Shown: positions 27,816-40,736 of the stretch, one piece after another | Layout: every line of letters starts with the position of its first letter | Position numbering within the stretch: the stretch's first letter is position 1 | NCBI GenBank assembly: GCA_013239625.1 | Contig: MU053493.1 | Location: 2,241,793 to 2,305,792 of the forward strand | Length of the DNA: 64,000 nucleotides | Source of the DNA: Lama guanicoe | Taxonomy: Eukaryota | Direction: 5' to 3' | The notes under the pieces: model-generated | Database searches by the model: none | Told to the model about the DNA's origin: nothing | The model's input: the letters and a program-made list of their open reading frames with translations, nothing else | Made by a program: the position numbers and the translations under genes

Positions 27816-27903
27816 AGGGGGGGTATAGCTCAGTGGTAGAGCATATACTTAGCATGCATGAGGTCCTGGGTTCAATCCCCAGTACCTCCATTTAAAAAAA
27901 AAA
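27816..27903 (+). mobile_element. vic-1-type SINE, short form
   Basis: TSD agcaatgcta at 27806-27815 and 27906-27915. Confidence 0.93.
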
Positions 27904-29999
27904 TCAGCAATGCTAGAGGAGAAAAAATCTAAATATCTTTTGAGAATCTAGAGAAAATGAAATTACAAAATCGTTGTCATATGAACAGCAACCAAGGAGT
28001 ATGTGGCAAAATAATGCAGAAAAAATATATCACATAAGTGTATCAGGTAATTGTTTCATTTTTTAAAATGTGTTTTTTTCTAGATTGTATGATCTACCTG
28101 GTACATTTTCAAGCATCTTTAAATTTTCTGATTTGTTGTGACTTATTTTCTCATTCTAAATAAATATCCACCTTTATGACTACATTCGTATTTGCAATTT
28201 TGTATTCTTTCTGTTAAAGGAACTGTAACAGTTGGGTCCCCTGAAATCTGGACAGGAACTGAGAAAGTAGGAACTCTTCTTGGCCCCTAATAGGAGTTCA
28301 GATTAACCTAAACAATAGAAAAAGCAATCTGGCAATTTTAGTGGCCTTAAGGTGCCTATTCTCTGAACCAGGAATTCTGCTTCTGGGTGGGGGCCCTGCA
28401 CCTGAGCACAGGGACGCGCAAGGGGACATTCCACTCCCTGCCGCCGAGAGATATGGTGGGTCACAAGACATGGCCATCACAGCACAATGCAGGCGACCCG
28501 GACCTATCCTCAGAGAGAATCCTAAACCAGTGGTGAACGAGTCTGTACACCCTGGAGAACGTGGTAAACAATGCAAAATGCTACAAGCACGTTTCAGGAC
28601 GACCACACACTTAATACCACTTGTTCAATGTTATTTTTTAAAGGGGAAATACACTAATGCAAGCGCTCCATGTTTATTCTGCAGATGCAGAAGTGAAGTC
28701 AAAAGGAATGCTCTCTTGGGTAATGAAAGGAACAGACAGGCTGGGGAGGATACAAGAGAGAATGTAACTGACTCTATCATGTTTTCATTCTTTAAAAACA
28801 TTGTGAAGAACTGAGACAGGTATTTCTTTTCAAAGCTTTGGCATCTAATTCTGCATTGTGCACAGATGCATATTCTTAAGATCACTCTGTGACCTTTCCC
28901 ATCTAAAGCTAGGCTGGGAACATTTGCCTGAGTGGAAGAAATACTTGTATCTTAATAAATCTGTCAACAAGGAGCAGGAAAACAGGCATGAACAATCCAG
29001 GAAATGCTCAGCAAAACAGTAATGCATTAACAATTTTCATCTAGTAAATTGGAAAGCTTTGGCGTCTCCCCTCCCCCACCCCCTGGCAGTACCCCAGCTG
29101 GCAGAGGACAGCATCCCTGACACAGGACCCCCTTAAGAAACCTTGAAAACATGTGCCTCCCTTGGCTGGAGCAGTTTGAACCTGGAAATTCATCATAATG
29201 TAAGTTTCTCCTGACACTATGCAAAGATTTTGATACCAGGATGAACAGTGCAATGCACCTTGTAGATAAAAAGAGAAAACGGGGGACCAACCAAAACACC
29301 CAACAATGTGGGTAAACTGGATTTTGTTGAATGAGCCATGAATATGTAGCAGATGTGTATGCTGACACTGAGAATGGCATGCCGCTGAATGTTTAAGTAC
29401 TTAGAAAACATGTTCACGCATGTCAGCGGAGCTTCCCGCAGACGCGGGGAGACGGGCTCACTTCATCACAGGGATCCCCACTCAAAGCGGCCTCCTGCCC
29501 ACAATGTTAGAGATTTTTCAAGTTTCACCAAGTTCCCAGGGCACAGCCCTGGCCTAAAACCTCCCCAGCCTCTTGGGCACAATCATCAGAATTGACCTCT
29601 ACAGTAAATCGCAAGCACTCACAGGCAGCTAATGTTTGACAGTTTCATTCAATTCCCTGGTAACCCTGAGAGGTAAGGCACTCTGATTCCTGTGTCCCAG
29701 GGTGGAAGCAGAGTAGAGGTACCTGGCCAGAGGCAGAGGGTACCCTACTCCATCACCTCCGCTCCCTGGTGCTGGTCCCCATCACCCCCAACTTCAGAGG
29801 CACTAACAGACTTCAGTACACGTGTCATAACAAGTCCCTTATTCCAACACATCTAAGATGCCAATAACCACAAGACATCCCAAGAGAAGAAACACGTTGC
29901 AGACAAGGACTGACCCACAGTCCATTGTGTAGATCCACCTGGGCTCTGCAAGTGTCAAAATGTGAAAGTATGCACATCCCAGACTCAGAATACCTTATG

Positions 30000-30658
30000 C
30001 AGCATATATCCAGAGGAAACTCTAACTGGAAAAGACATCTGTGCCCCAAAGTTCACAGCAGCACTATTTACAACAGCCAAGACACAGAAACAACTTAAAT
30101 GCTTAAATCCATCCATCAACAGATGACTGGATAAAAGAGTTGTAGTATGTTTATATATATACACACACACACACACACATACACACACAATGGAATACTA
30201 CTCAACCATAAAAAAGAATGAAATAATGCCATTTGCAGCAACATGGATGGACCCAGAGACCATCATTTTAAATGAAGTAAGCCAGAAAGAGAAAGAAAAA
30301 TACTATATGATGTCACTTATATGTGGAATCTTATTTAAAAAAAGACAAAAATGAACTTATTTACAAAACAGAAACAGACTCACAGACATAGAAAACAAAC
30401 TTAGAGTTACCAGAGGGGAAAGGGAGTGGGAAGAGATAAATACGAAATTCAAGATTTGCAGATACTAACTACTATATATAAAATAGATAAACAAGTTTCT
30501 TCTATTTAGCACAGGAAACTATATTCAATATCTTGTAGTTACCTATAATGAAAAATAATATGAAGAGGAATATATGTATGTATATGTATGACTGCAACAT
30601 TATGCTGTGCACCAGAAATTGACACACTGTAAACTGACTACACTTCAATTTTTTTTAA
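30000..30658 (+). mobile_element. Young L1 3' end with a (CA)n insertion
   Basis: Same 3' UTR as the other young copies. Confidence 0.9.
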
Positions 30659-30659
30659 A

Positions 30660-30879
30660 AAGCATAGTATTGCATATAACCTACACCCATCCTCCCATAT
30701 ACCTTACATCATCTCTAGATTACTTATCATACCTAATACAATATAAATACTATATCAATAGCTGCCAGAGCATGGCAAATTCAAGTTTTGCTCTCTGGAA
30801 CTTTTTCTGCCTGAATGTGTCCGATCTGTGGTTTGCTGATTCTGTGGATGCAGAACCCACTGATACTGAGGGCTGACCG
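30660..30879 (+). mobile_element. MER2/MER2B (TcMar-Tigger) right half
   Basis: Runs ttgcatataacctac...atcatctctagattactta...gatgcagaaccc...gagggctgac, ending before TA. Confidence 0.8.
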
Positions 30880-31353
30880 TACTAGCAAATACAGACTTCT
30901 ATGGTTTTAACAAAAGAGGAGAGACTGCCCATAGAATTTATCCCTACTAGATTTTAAAACCTACAAAATCCAAGATCTTCCCAAGAATTAAAAGCAATTC
31001 TCAGATTGAAATACTTATAAAAGACATAAATTTCATTGGCATTTCAAAGAAAAGGAATAAAAGTATCTATACTCTTTCCACATAAGAAGTATGCACACTG
31101 GTTACAATAAGCCAGTAGTCACTTCACCATTTCAGATATTATGACCCTAAAGAAGCACGCTGCATGGCAGGTGTACTTGTCACCAGTGAGGAGAGAGAAG
31201 TAATAGCTGGAGAAGTGACTGGGTCACAGCTCCTGGACAAGACGCAGGGACAAGAGACACCTTCTTAATTTTTTCTAAATGACATACTTCTCAGTCCACA
31301 TCTGTCTATCTGGGGAGAAATTCAATTTCACTATGTCGTATAAGGATTCCTGG

Positions 31354-31507
31354 CAACTATATTCAATATCTTGTAATAACCTTCAATGGAAAAGAATATG
31401 AAAGGAAATATATGTGTAGTATATATATGACTGAAACATGATGCTGTACACCAGAAATTGACTCAACATTGTAAACTGACTATACGTCAATTAAAAACAA
31501 CAAAACA
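31354..31507 (+). mobile_element. Short young L1 3' tail
   Basis: TSD aaggattYctgg at 31342-31353 and 31508-31519. Confidence 0.88.
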
Positions 31508-32975
31508 AAGGATTTCTGGGGGTTTATGCAGCCCAGAAAATTTGGGGAAAGGTCCATCATGGTCATCATTGAGCCTCTCATATTCCAGACCCATGTGGTG
31601 CATTCCAAAATCACTGAACATGGAAAGGATTCTGTCTCCAGACATCTTCCGCCATCCTCACTGTGGAATCGCCCCCCTCTTCAATAAGCCATTTGCTACC
31701 CCAGGAAGAAAAACAAAAGCCAAGAGTCTGGCGTTTTCCCCTGGGAGCAAAGGAACTTCCTACCCTGGCAGAGGTTAAGGAAAACAGCACCCTGCCTCAG
31801 GAAGGAGCCAAGAGCAGACACAGTAGGCTGAAGCAAAGAAAAGAGGTTGGCATTTGGGTCTGTTCTAAATTGCTTCAGTTGTGCTATTCCCAGGCACCAG
31901 GAGTCCCCAGGACTCAGGAACTGGGGAAGATATGTCAGGCTGAACTGTACCCTTATGCCCATACTGGACCATACAGGACCCACAAAAATGGCCACTTCAT
32001 AGGTTCAACCCAACACCAAACTAGCGCAGGCACTCTTGGCAAAGAAGGAGGGTGTCCCGTCGGTCTCCTTTCCAACACGGAGCCCGTGGGAATGTTTGAG
32101 CCAATCAGCACTGCCTCCAACCTCCTCTTACAATTCTAAATACCGAGAATTACTTTCTTTGCAGGGGGCTTTGAGAGGGTGCATAATACACACGGAACTC
32201 AAAAGGGTTCTGTGGTCATATCGGGTTAGACTTTCTAAATGTGGCTCGCAACTCCCAAAACTCAAAAATGGAAAACTGAGCTCCGGGGAGATTATGATTA
32301 CTGTTTTGTCCTTAACTCCTTTATTTATATCCCCTCTTGTTCTGAAGAATATTTTAGAGGTTTTATTTCACCATGAAAAAAAAAATGGTTGCTTTAGCAA
32401 CAGTACGGAAGTAAAGGATAGAGAAGTGTACTTTTTAAATGTCTGTCTATAAATGACCCGGCTTAGGTCTCCAAGTTTGAAAAATGCCTAATCTCTTTCA
32501 GCAATTAAATGCCAAGATAATAAGGATAAATCCCATAAATTCGTTTAAGGGCTAATCTATTTTTAGGTAGCAGATGAGTTAAACCTTGGGCATCTCATCC
32601 ATCAGAGGCACCCCTACAAAAAATGGGGGTGAGCAGAGAACAAGGCATCTAGAGGTAGAAGCTTAACCCTCCTCAAGGGTGAGGCATGGTTACCCTACTC
32701 CAGCCAGAGACGTTTTCACTGTTCCAGGCAAAATGAGAAAACGAAGGGCAGTTCTCAGCACACACAAAAAAGGGACCAGTAAGGGTCTGGAAACTGATGG
32801 CCTGAATGAATGAATGAACGGCAGTTAACACTTTTCAAAAGTGGACAGATACATTTGTTACATGTAAAAAATTATCCTTAAAAATAAAATAAAGCTAAAC
32901 TTTAAGCTGAACATGTCCTTTGTAACTTCCTCTGATTAAAATACCCTTTTCCTGAGGTAACAAAAAGATGTGATG

Positions 32976-33082
32976 AGGGGAGGCTATAGCTTAGTGGTAG
33001 GGCACGCACTTACCATGCACGAGGTCCTGGGTTCAATCCCCAGCACTTCCATTAAAAACAAATTAAAAAATAATAATTAAAA
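32976..33082 (+). mobile_element. vic-1-type SINE
   Basis: TSD aaaaagatRtgatg at 32962-32975 and 33083-33096. Confidence 0.92.
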
Positions 33083-33294
33083 AAAAAGATATGATGGAAG
33101 AAAACAATGTTCAGTCTGAAAAAACAAAGTTAGCAACCTGATGTCAGACCCCAAAATACCCTTGAAGTTTTACTTAACTACAAAATCCAACAGTGGGGGA
33201 ACCACTGCTCCGAGGCACTGGTTACAACCCTCCTAAGAGGGGTAGGAATTAAGAGACCAGAGTCTGGCCAGAAACTGTCCCCTGAAAACAGGGC

Positions 33295-33925
33295 TGCTGA
33301 CTCCACGGGCGGCCTACCCATCAGTCATGCTCCCTTCTTCCTCACAAACAGACCCTCAGTTTTGCTCAGGTTGCCAATCCTCCCCAGGTGATTCAAGGTC
33401 AAGTGTATCTACCCCCAGCTGCAGGGAAGGGTTACTATCAGCTCATTCCCCTCACCTGTGATTGGGTCAGGGATAAGCACGTGACTCCAGTCTGACCAAT
33501 GAGGCACGAGGGGAAACCTGAGGGCAGCTCCCAGTAAAGACGTCTTTGCCATTAAGAAGAGACACAAGGATGGGCAATCTCTCACTTCACTTGGGGACTG
33601 CCACTTCTGATCGGGATGCCATCCTGCTGGAGGACAAGCCAAGGAGCTTTTAACAGCAGAACCCAGGAGAGAGAACCTTGGTCCCTGATGATGGCACTGA
33701 GGCACAAAACCAGCAGCCTGGAAATCTTCTGTTATGGGTTGAGCTGTGTCCTCCATCAAAGATACATGGAAATCCTGACCCCCAGGACCTCAGAAGGTGA
33801 CCTGATTTGGAAATACAGTCTTTGCAGCTTTAACTGAGTTTAAAAGAGGCCATTAAGGTAGGCCCTAGTCCAATAGGGCTGGTGTCCTTAGAAGAGAAAA
33901 TTTGGACACAGACATGCACAGAGTG
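33295..33925 (+). mobile_element. MaLR LTR fragments (an older MLT1, then an MLT1A/B-like 5' part from about 33730)
   Basis: Runs tgttatgggttgagctgtgtc...acctcagaaggtgacctgatttggaaata...tttggacacagac. Confidence 0.65.
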
Positions 33926-34261
33926 TCTCCACCTGCCACTGAAAACACCCTGACCAATACGAATTCTTCAAGTGCACCCTGTCCCCATAAGGAGGGGTCT
34001 GCCAAACAGAGAAAGGGTCCCCAAGGAGCGGAGGACCAACACAGCCCAGCCATTCGGCCACCCGGCCTCAACACTCGCCCTCGATCCCAACCTCACACTC
34101 CCAACCCCTGCCCCACAGTCCCCGCGGTGATTCTTCTGCAGCCAGAACATACCACACAAACTCCAGTCCCAGTGCAGATCCTGCAGGACCACACCCACGT
34201 TGCCTCCAGTTCCTCTTGTATTCTAATTGAAGTGTTAAATTGTGTAACTGAAGACTAGTAA

Positions 34262-34730
34262 TGCACTCTACCTAAAATACATGCAAAATCCAACTACTCC
34301 TCAAACCCATGGCCTGGACCATCATCTCCAGCTGGATCACAGCAGCAGCCTCCCAACCCATCTCCCTGCTCCTCCACCCACGCCCGCCTTCAACATGATC
34401 TCCACAAAGCCATCGGAACAATCCTGCTAGAACTGAAATCAGGAAATGTCACTCCTCTGCTCAAAACCTCCAGCAGCTCCCAGAGAGACAAAAAAGCCAA
34501 AATCTTCCTGATGACTGACAAGGACCCAGACAACCAGGATCCCTGCTCCATCGTAGTCTCTGACTGTGGTCCTTCGTCTTCACTCCACTGCAGCCCCACT
34601 GGCCACCTTGTTGTCCCTTGAACACATGGAGGGGGGTGGCCATGCCTCAGGGCCTTTGCACTTGCTCTGCCGCTGTCTGAAATGCCCTTCCCCAGACACC
34701 TGCTGGGCTCACTCCCATACGTCTTCAGGA
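34262..34730 (+). mobile_element. L2 fragment
   Basis: Contains atgtcactcctctgctcaaaacctcc and ctcagggcctttgcacttgct. Confidence 0.8.
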
Positions 34731-36071
34731 CTGGGAAGGGGTCAGTCAGTTATGCAAAGGGGGGAAAGGATTGCTGGTCATGGATGTGGCGACCACTCAG
34801 CATGCACCCGGATTTGTACCAGCCGTGCGGAGCTGGGCAGATGCAGCCGTGGAATAAGCAGTGAGCTGGGTTCAGCCAGGCTGGGGTCTGGCCAGAAGAG
34901 GATGATCAGATTAGGGAAGGGCCAGGGAGGAGAAGGGACAAAGGAAGGATTGTAATGGCTGATGATCTCAGACATTAAGTTGGAAGAAACTGAGTTGGGT
35001 AAGGCAGGAGGTGAGGACATGAAGGAATGAGGAAACAAAACGATAAAAAATCAATATAGATGCGTGACTGGGACATGATGCTGTACACCAGAAACTGACA
35101 CATTGTAACTGACTATACTTCAATTAAAAAAAAACTAATAAAAAAAAGAATCAATGGATTACAGGTCAATGTGGGTTTAAGCTCTTTTTGGAGGAAGTAC
35201 ACTCATGCTGATGACTGTGTTGCCATCTAAAACTACGCCTCTCTCCCTGGCCCAGCAGCCTCAGATCCACTGGTACTTACGTGAACAAAATCTGCATCTA
35301 TGCAAGTTAGCAAAATCCATGTTCTGGCGGTGTGTAAGCGTTCTCCTTTATAATGGCAGCTACACCCACCTGCCTAGCTGGGGCTGGCCTCCAGTCTCTG
35401 GGTACAATAAGCAGGAGGAAACCAGCCTCCCAGGTGAGGTGTTCTAGTGAGGTGGACTGGCCTGCTTCAGCCGAGCGGGGACTGCCCACAGGGATGCTGA
35501 GTCCTGCTGGTCCCCCAGTATGGTCCATCACAGTCTTCTTCAACCAAGGACGCAGTTGCCACAAGAGCCCAGCCAGGCTGTGACCACACGCCACCAGAGG
35601 GACTCACACCAAGACTCCATCTGTTGCTCTGTCTTAGCACTTTGTTTAGTGTAGTCATAGAAAGTCTTCTGTGTCCAGGGCACTCTGAGAGCACAGAGTT
35701 TCAGGCTTCAAGCTCCTCATTCTTTCAACTGACCCAGCATTGGAAGCAACCAGCTCCCCCGTTCTGGTCCCTGATCTCCTCGGGCCCTTCACTCTTCTTC
35801 AGAGTGACCAGTGGCAACTATCTGAATAGCCCACTCCCCACTGCCTACTACGACGGCCAGACACTCATCACCCAATCTTGGCTGGATAGTCAGCTTTCTG
35901 CCCTCACCTGGGCAAATTCTCAGACCCAGATGCCCCACTCTCACTGCCCAGATTGCCTGCTGCCTGTGTCCACTCACTTCTCCAATCCTGCACTATTCTG
36001 GGGTTTTGTTTGTAAGCAACAGAACACAAGCTGGCTGAACGAAGTGGAAAATGGAATTTGCCTAAAGAATA

Positions 36072-36310
36072 CTGGACAGCATCTAAGCGTTCATCGACAG
36101 ATGAGTGGATAAAGAAGATGTGGTATCTGTAAACAATGGAATACCACTCAGCCATAAAAAAGAATGAAATAATGCCATTTGTAGCAACATGGATGGACCT
36201 GGAGGGCGTTATGCTAAGTGAAATAAGTCAGAGAGAGGAAGACAAATACTGTATGATCTCATATGTAGAATCTAAAAAAACAAAATAAACTAGTTAAAAA
36301 TAAAAAGAGT
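36072..36310 (+). mobile_element. L1 3' fragment
   Basis: Runs gatgagtggataaagaagatgtgg...atgctaagtgaaataagtcag. Confidence 0.85.
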
Positions 36311-37743
36311 ATTATACAGCCTACCTGATACCAAGGAGGGCTACAAAGCCAAGAACAAAGCCTGCAATCCCACGCCTGGCAGGAGGGGATTCAGGGCTGG
36401 CTCCAGGCAGCAGACTGCAGGTGGCACCCCAAGAACTGGACCCCACATGCATTAGTATCTCCTGGGAAGCCCCACCATGTGTCCAATCCATCGCCACTAT
36501 TCTCACTTTCCCCAGAGTCCCTGGATCCCAAGACAAGGCCTGAGCCAGTGTGGACAATGCAGGCCACGTGCTTGAGTTCAACATAGTCACAGGGGAATCC
36601 AGAGTCTGAATTACACCGCTGAGCTTAAGCCCCCAGCCCCTCACCCCTCCTGACACCCCAGCCTCCCTGGAAGCCTTACCGCAGCCTTCTGGTTAGGCTG
36701 AAAGAAAGGAGACCTCAAAGAGAGGCCACAGGAGGGCATTCAAACAAAGACTGGTCAACCCTGTTTTCCCACTAGAGCTCAGGGAAACTGTCTCTAGGCC
36801 CCAGCCCGAAGAGAGGAGAGAGGGGCACATTCACAGAGGGAAGTCAAACCAAGACAGGGAGACGGACGTCTACATTTACAGTAACATGGCTATCTTAAAA
36901 GAATACATAGAGAGAGTTATAATCCGTCAGGAGAGGTCTAACGCTTTGCTTGCCATTATAAGTACCTGACAACCCTCCCGCCATCTTGTTCTTAAGCATT
37001 TAAGATGCCATTTACAAAGTGACACAACACTACAAATTGCACCTATGATCCCCTAAACAGTGTGATCCGGAAAGTGCCAAAGCCACTCAGGACCCATACA
37101 GAGGATACCATGGGGATTTTTAGGCGTTTTCTCTAAACAGAAGTACAGAAAAGCTATCTCTAAAATAAGTGAAAAACAGACAATGCATTAGTCTCCCATA
37201 GCCCTGAAAAGTTATGCTAGACAATATTCTAGAGCCTGCCTGGCTGGGCCAGAAATAGAACCTGTCTGAGGATCCGAGGAGAGTATTTTTAAAAATACAA
37301 AGCCCATAAAAGAATCCAGCTGGCATCTTAAAGCACAAGAGCAGGAGCCAAGCTCCAGCATCAATACAGCCCCCAGCCTATACTCTCAGACACACGCTGC
37401 CCATAAAAGTCACCACCAAGTGACAAGGACCTGCAGGACCCACCTCGGGAGACCAACAGTGACGCAGAGCCGTGTGTATGCAGGGATGGAGGCTGGTTTC
37501 CTCTGTTCAACGGCTTGTCCTGGAAACCCCTACGGAGCACCCGCCCTGGGCTAAGCATGGTCCTAGAGACAAGATGGGCACATCCACCTGGGGCCCCGCC
37601 TCAGGGAGCCTCTGCTCCAGTGCAGGACACAGATATCAGTGAAACTGAAGCTCAGATTATAAAAAGCATTGCAGAGAACAGGAGAGCAGGCCTGGGTGGG
37701 GGTCAGGGGAGTATGGGGTCTTCCATCAAGAGGAGGAGTCAGG

Positions 37744-38637
37744 GCCAACAGGCACATGAAAAAAATGCTCAATATCACTAATTATCAGAGAAATGCAAAT
37801 CAAAACTACAATGAGGTATCACCTCACACCAGTCAGAATGGCTATCATTCAAAAGTCCACAAATGACAAATGCTGAAGAGGGTGTGGAGGAAAGGGAACC
37901 CTCCTGCACTGTTGAGGGAATGTAGTTTGGTGCAACCATTATGGAAAACAGTACAGAGATTTCTCAAAAGACTAAAAATAGACTTACCATATGACCCACT
38001 TCTGGGCATATATCCAAAGGGAACTCTAATTCAAAAAGACACCTGCACCCCAATGTTCATAGCAGCACTATTTACAATAGCCAAGACATGGAAATAACCT
38101 AAATGTCCATCGACATATGACTGGATAAAGAAGTTGTTGCGTATTTATACAATGGAATACTACTAGGCCATGAAAAATAATAAAATAATGCCATTTGCAG
38201 CAAGATGGATGGAACCTGAGACGGTCATTCTAAGTGAAGTAAGCCCAAAAGAGAAAGAAAAATACCATATGATATCACTAATATGTGGAATCTGAAAAAA
38301 AGAGAGAAAAAAGACACTAATGAACTTATCTATAAAACAGAAACAGACTCACAGATATAGTAAACAAACTTATGGCTACCAGGGGGAAAGGGTGTGGGAA
38401 GGGATACATTGCGGGTTCAAGGTTTGCAAATACTAACTACCATATATAAAACAGATAAAAAAATAAATTTTTTCTGTATAGCACAGGGAACTATATTCAG
38501 TATCTTGTAATAACCTTTAAAGAAATAGAATATGAAAACAAACGTGTATGTATATGCATGACCGGGACATTATGCTGTACACCAGAAATTGACACATTGT
38601 AACTGATTATACTTCAATAAAAACAAAAGTTGAAAAA
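37744..38637 (+). mobile_element. Young L1 3' end (ORF2 C-terminus and UTR)
   Basis: Near-collinear with 24672-25540; no clear TSD. Confidence 0.92.
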
Positions 38638-39622
38638 GAGTGAAACAACTTTCAGGCCTTTAAGTTTTGCTCTCAGCACATAAAGGAATAACCCTGGGGT
38701 TCCTTTTCTCTCGTAACAAAGTCTGGTTTTCATAACTGTGGTCACTCCAAGACTCAGGAAAGTCAAGTGTTGGGCCTCAAAGCTGAGTAATGAGTTCTTC
38801 GTTCAAGAGAGTTCCTTCTCTTCCCCCAAAGCAACAAACATCCTGGAAAGAGCTGCTGGGTAGTATGATGGGTCAATAAAAATCCCCCAAAATACTTTCT
38901 CGCCATGACTAGATGAGGTCCAGAAAGTTCACACCAGGCAGTGGAAAGATGGGTGTGGAGCCAACTTGGAGAATGAGGGTGGGTCTCAAGGGAGGCAGCT
39001 CTGTGGTCCAGCCTCAGACTGGGAGCTGCTCCCCTGACCTTCTCCTGCCAAAAAGGCTAATTTGGGTGCAACAGAAGAAAAAAGACCATTGAAAGATATG
39101 GGGGAAAAGTTAAGAACAGTTTATGGCAAAGGGAGGATTCCTGGATCGGGGCATAGGGGAGACAGGGCTTTAGAGAAAGGAACTGTTCTGCAATCATGAG
39201 CCCCCGGACCACAGGTCCCAAGAGAAAAAGCAAGAAATGGGACCAAAAGCAGGTGACTCAAGTCTGTCTGCAGAACTAAGACGGACCTCAGGCTTCCCCA
39301 GACCCTCACCCTAGACTTAACAGCACTGGGGTCTCGTCTCGGGCAAAAACCAAAAGAACGCTGCGTGCACCAAAGAAATGAGCTTTCTGCCTCATCTGCT
39401 TCCAAAGTGAGAATCCACACCCCAGAGTGGATGCTCTCTCAAGGCGTTGGGGGGAGACGCCCAGCTCAGTATCCAAAGGTGAAGCTGCCAGGTGATCTGC
39501 AGTGCCCCCGCCCAGACAGAGTGAGGTCCGGCTCTTGTTTGATGGGCAGGACAGGATAGTAAAGGAAAACATGCTGAATGCCTCTAAACAAATCAACTAG
39601 TCCTTCCATTATAAACATCAAA

Positions 39623-39752
39623 GGAGGGGGAGGGTATAGCTCAGTGGTAGAGTGTGTGCCTAGCATGTACGAGGTCCTGGGTTCAATCCCCAGTACTTCC
39701 ATCAAAAATAAATAAATAAATAAACTGGATTTCCTATCCCCCCCAAAAAAAC
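39623..39752 (+). mobile_element. vic-1-type SINE, long form
   Basis: A and B boxes plus an (aaat)n tail. Confidence 0.9.
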
Positions 39753-40374
39753 TAGGTCTAATAAAAATGCAAATGTATAATAAAATTACTAGCAAGGACA
39801 GCCAAGAATCACCAGACCATTCGGGAAAATCAAAACCACAACAGAAGGAAGATTTAGAAGAATAAACAGACCCAAGAATAACAGAGCTTCTTAATTAGTA
39901 CCCTCAGGCAGAAATGAAAAAATCATGCACACAGAAAATAAGGCAAATACTAAGAAAAATTAGCAGAAAATATGAAAGAGAGCATGACAACCTTAACTAT
40001 GGCTACAGTGTCAGTACAGGGCTCATCTCCCCTGGGCTGTTACCACCCCTGGTACTACCTGGTGCTGGTCTCCAGGGAGGCTTGAAACCGCGGTGCAGAC
40101 AGTTGGCCAAACCAGAATGAAATGCACCGACCAGCAACTGATGTCAACCCGGGCTGGGGTCCAAGACAGACCAAGGGCATCCAGCACCAATGTGTCAGGT
40201 AGTTTATAGAAAATGCATACACCTGGGTTCTCCAGGTTTTTGTTTTTGAACCTGGTCGTGTAGCCTGGTTTCGGCCACAAGACAAGAAGGACCGAAAAGA
40301 CCCCTTCTCAGATGAGACTCTCAGAAGCAGTCTCTCAAACATCTTGACACGTCACAGTTCAAACAAGTGCATCC

Positions 40375-40736
40375 ATAGTTCATTCTTTTTCATGGCTGAG
40401 TAGTATTCCATTGTGTAAATATATCACATCTTCTTTATCCAGTCATCTGTCGATGGACACTTAGGTTGCTTCGATGTCTTGGCTACTGTAAATAGTGCTA
40501 ATATGAACCCTGGGGTGCAGGTATCTTTTTGAATTAGAGTTTCCTCCAGAAATATGTCCAGGGGTGGGATGGCTGGATCTTGACAAAGAATAAATACACA
40601 CACACACACACACACACACATACACACACACACACACACACGTGTGTAACTCAATCACTATGCTGTACACCAGAAACTAACACTACATTGTAAATCAGCT
40701 ATATTTCAATAAAAATTTTTTAAAAAAATTTTTAAA
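40375..40736. mobile_element. 5'-inverted L1 (minus 40375-40579, plus tail 40580-40736 with (CA)n)
   Basis: Antisense ORF2 end fused to a sense 3' tail; degenerate TSD aagtgcatcc/aagcatatcc. Confidence 0.8.

Larger units (their letters stand above)
25870..28256 (+). mobile_element. hAT-Tip100 (Arthur1-like) DNA transposon relic, split by L1 and SINE insertions
   Basis: Left end ggcagatttactataaagctaatgaagtgtaagcttca; right part ttctcattctaaataaatat...attttgtattcttt. Recalled consensus only. Confidence 0.5.

Noticed and set aside
37730..39150. Possible 3' transduction after the L1 at 37744-38637
   Set aside because: The only candidate downstream TSD (about 39128) has several mismatches and no preceding poly(A).
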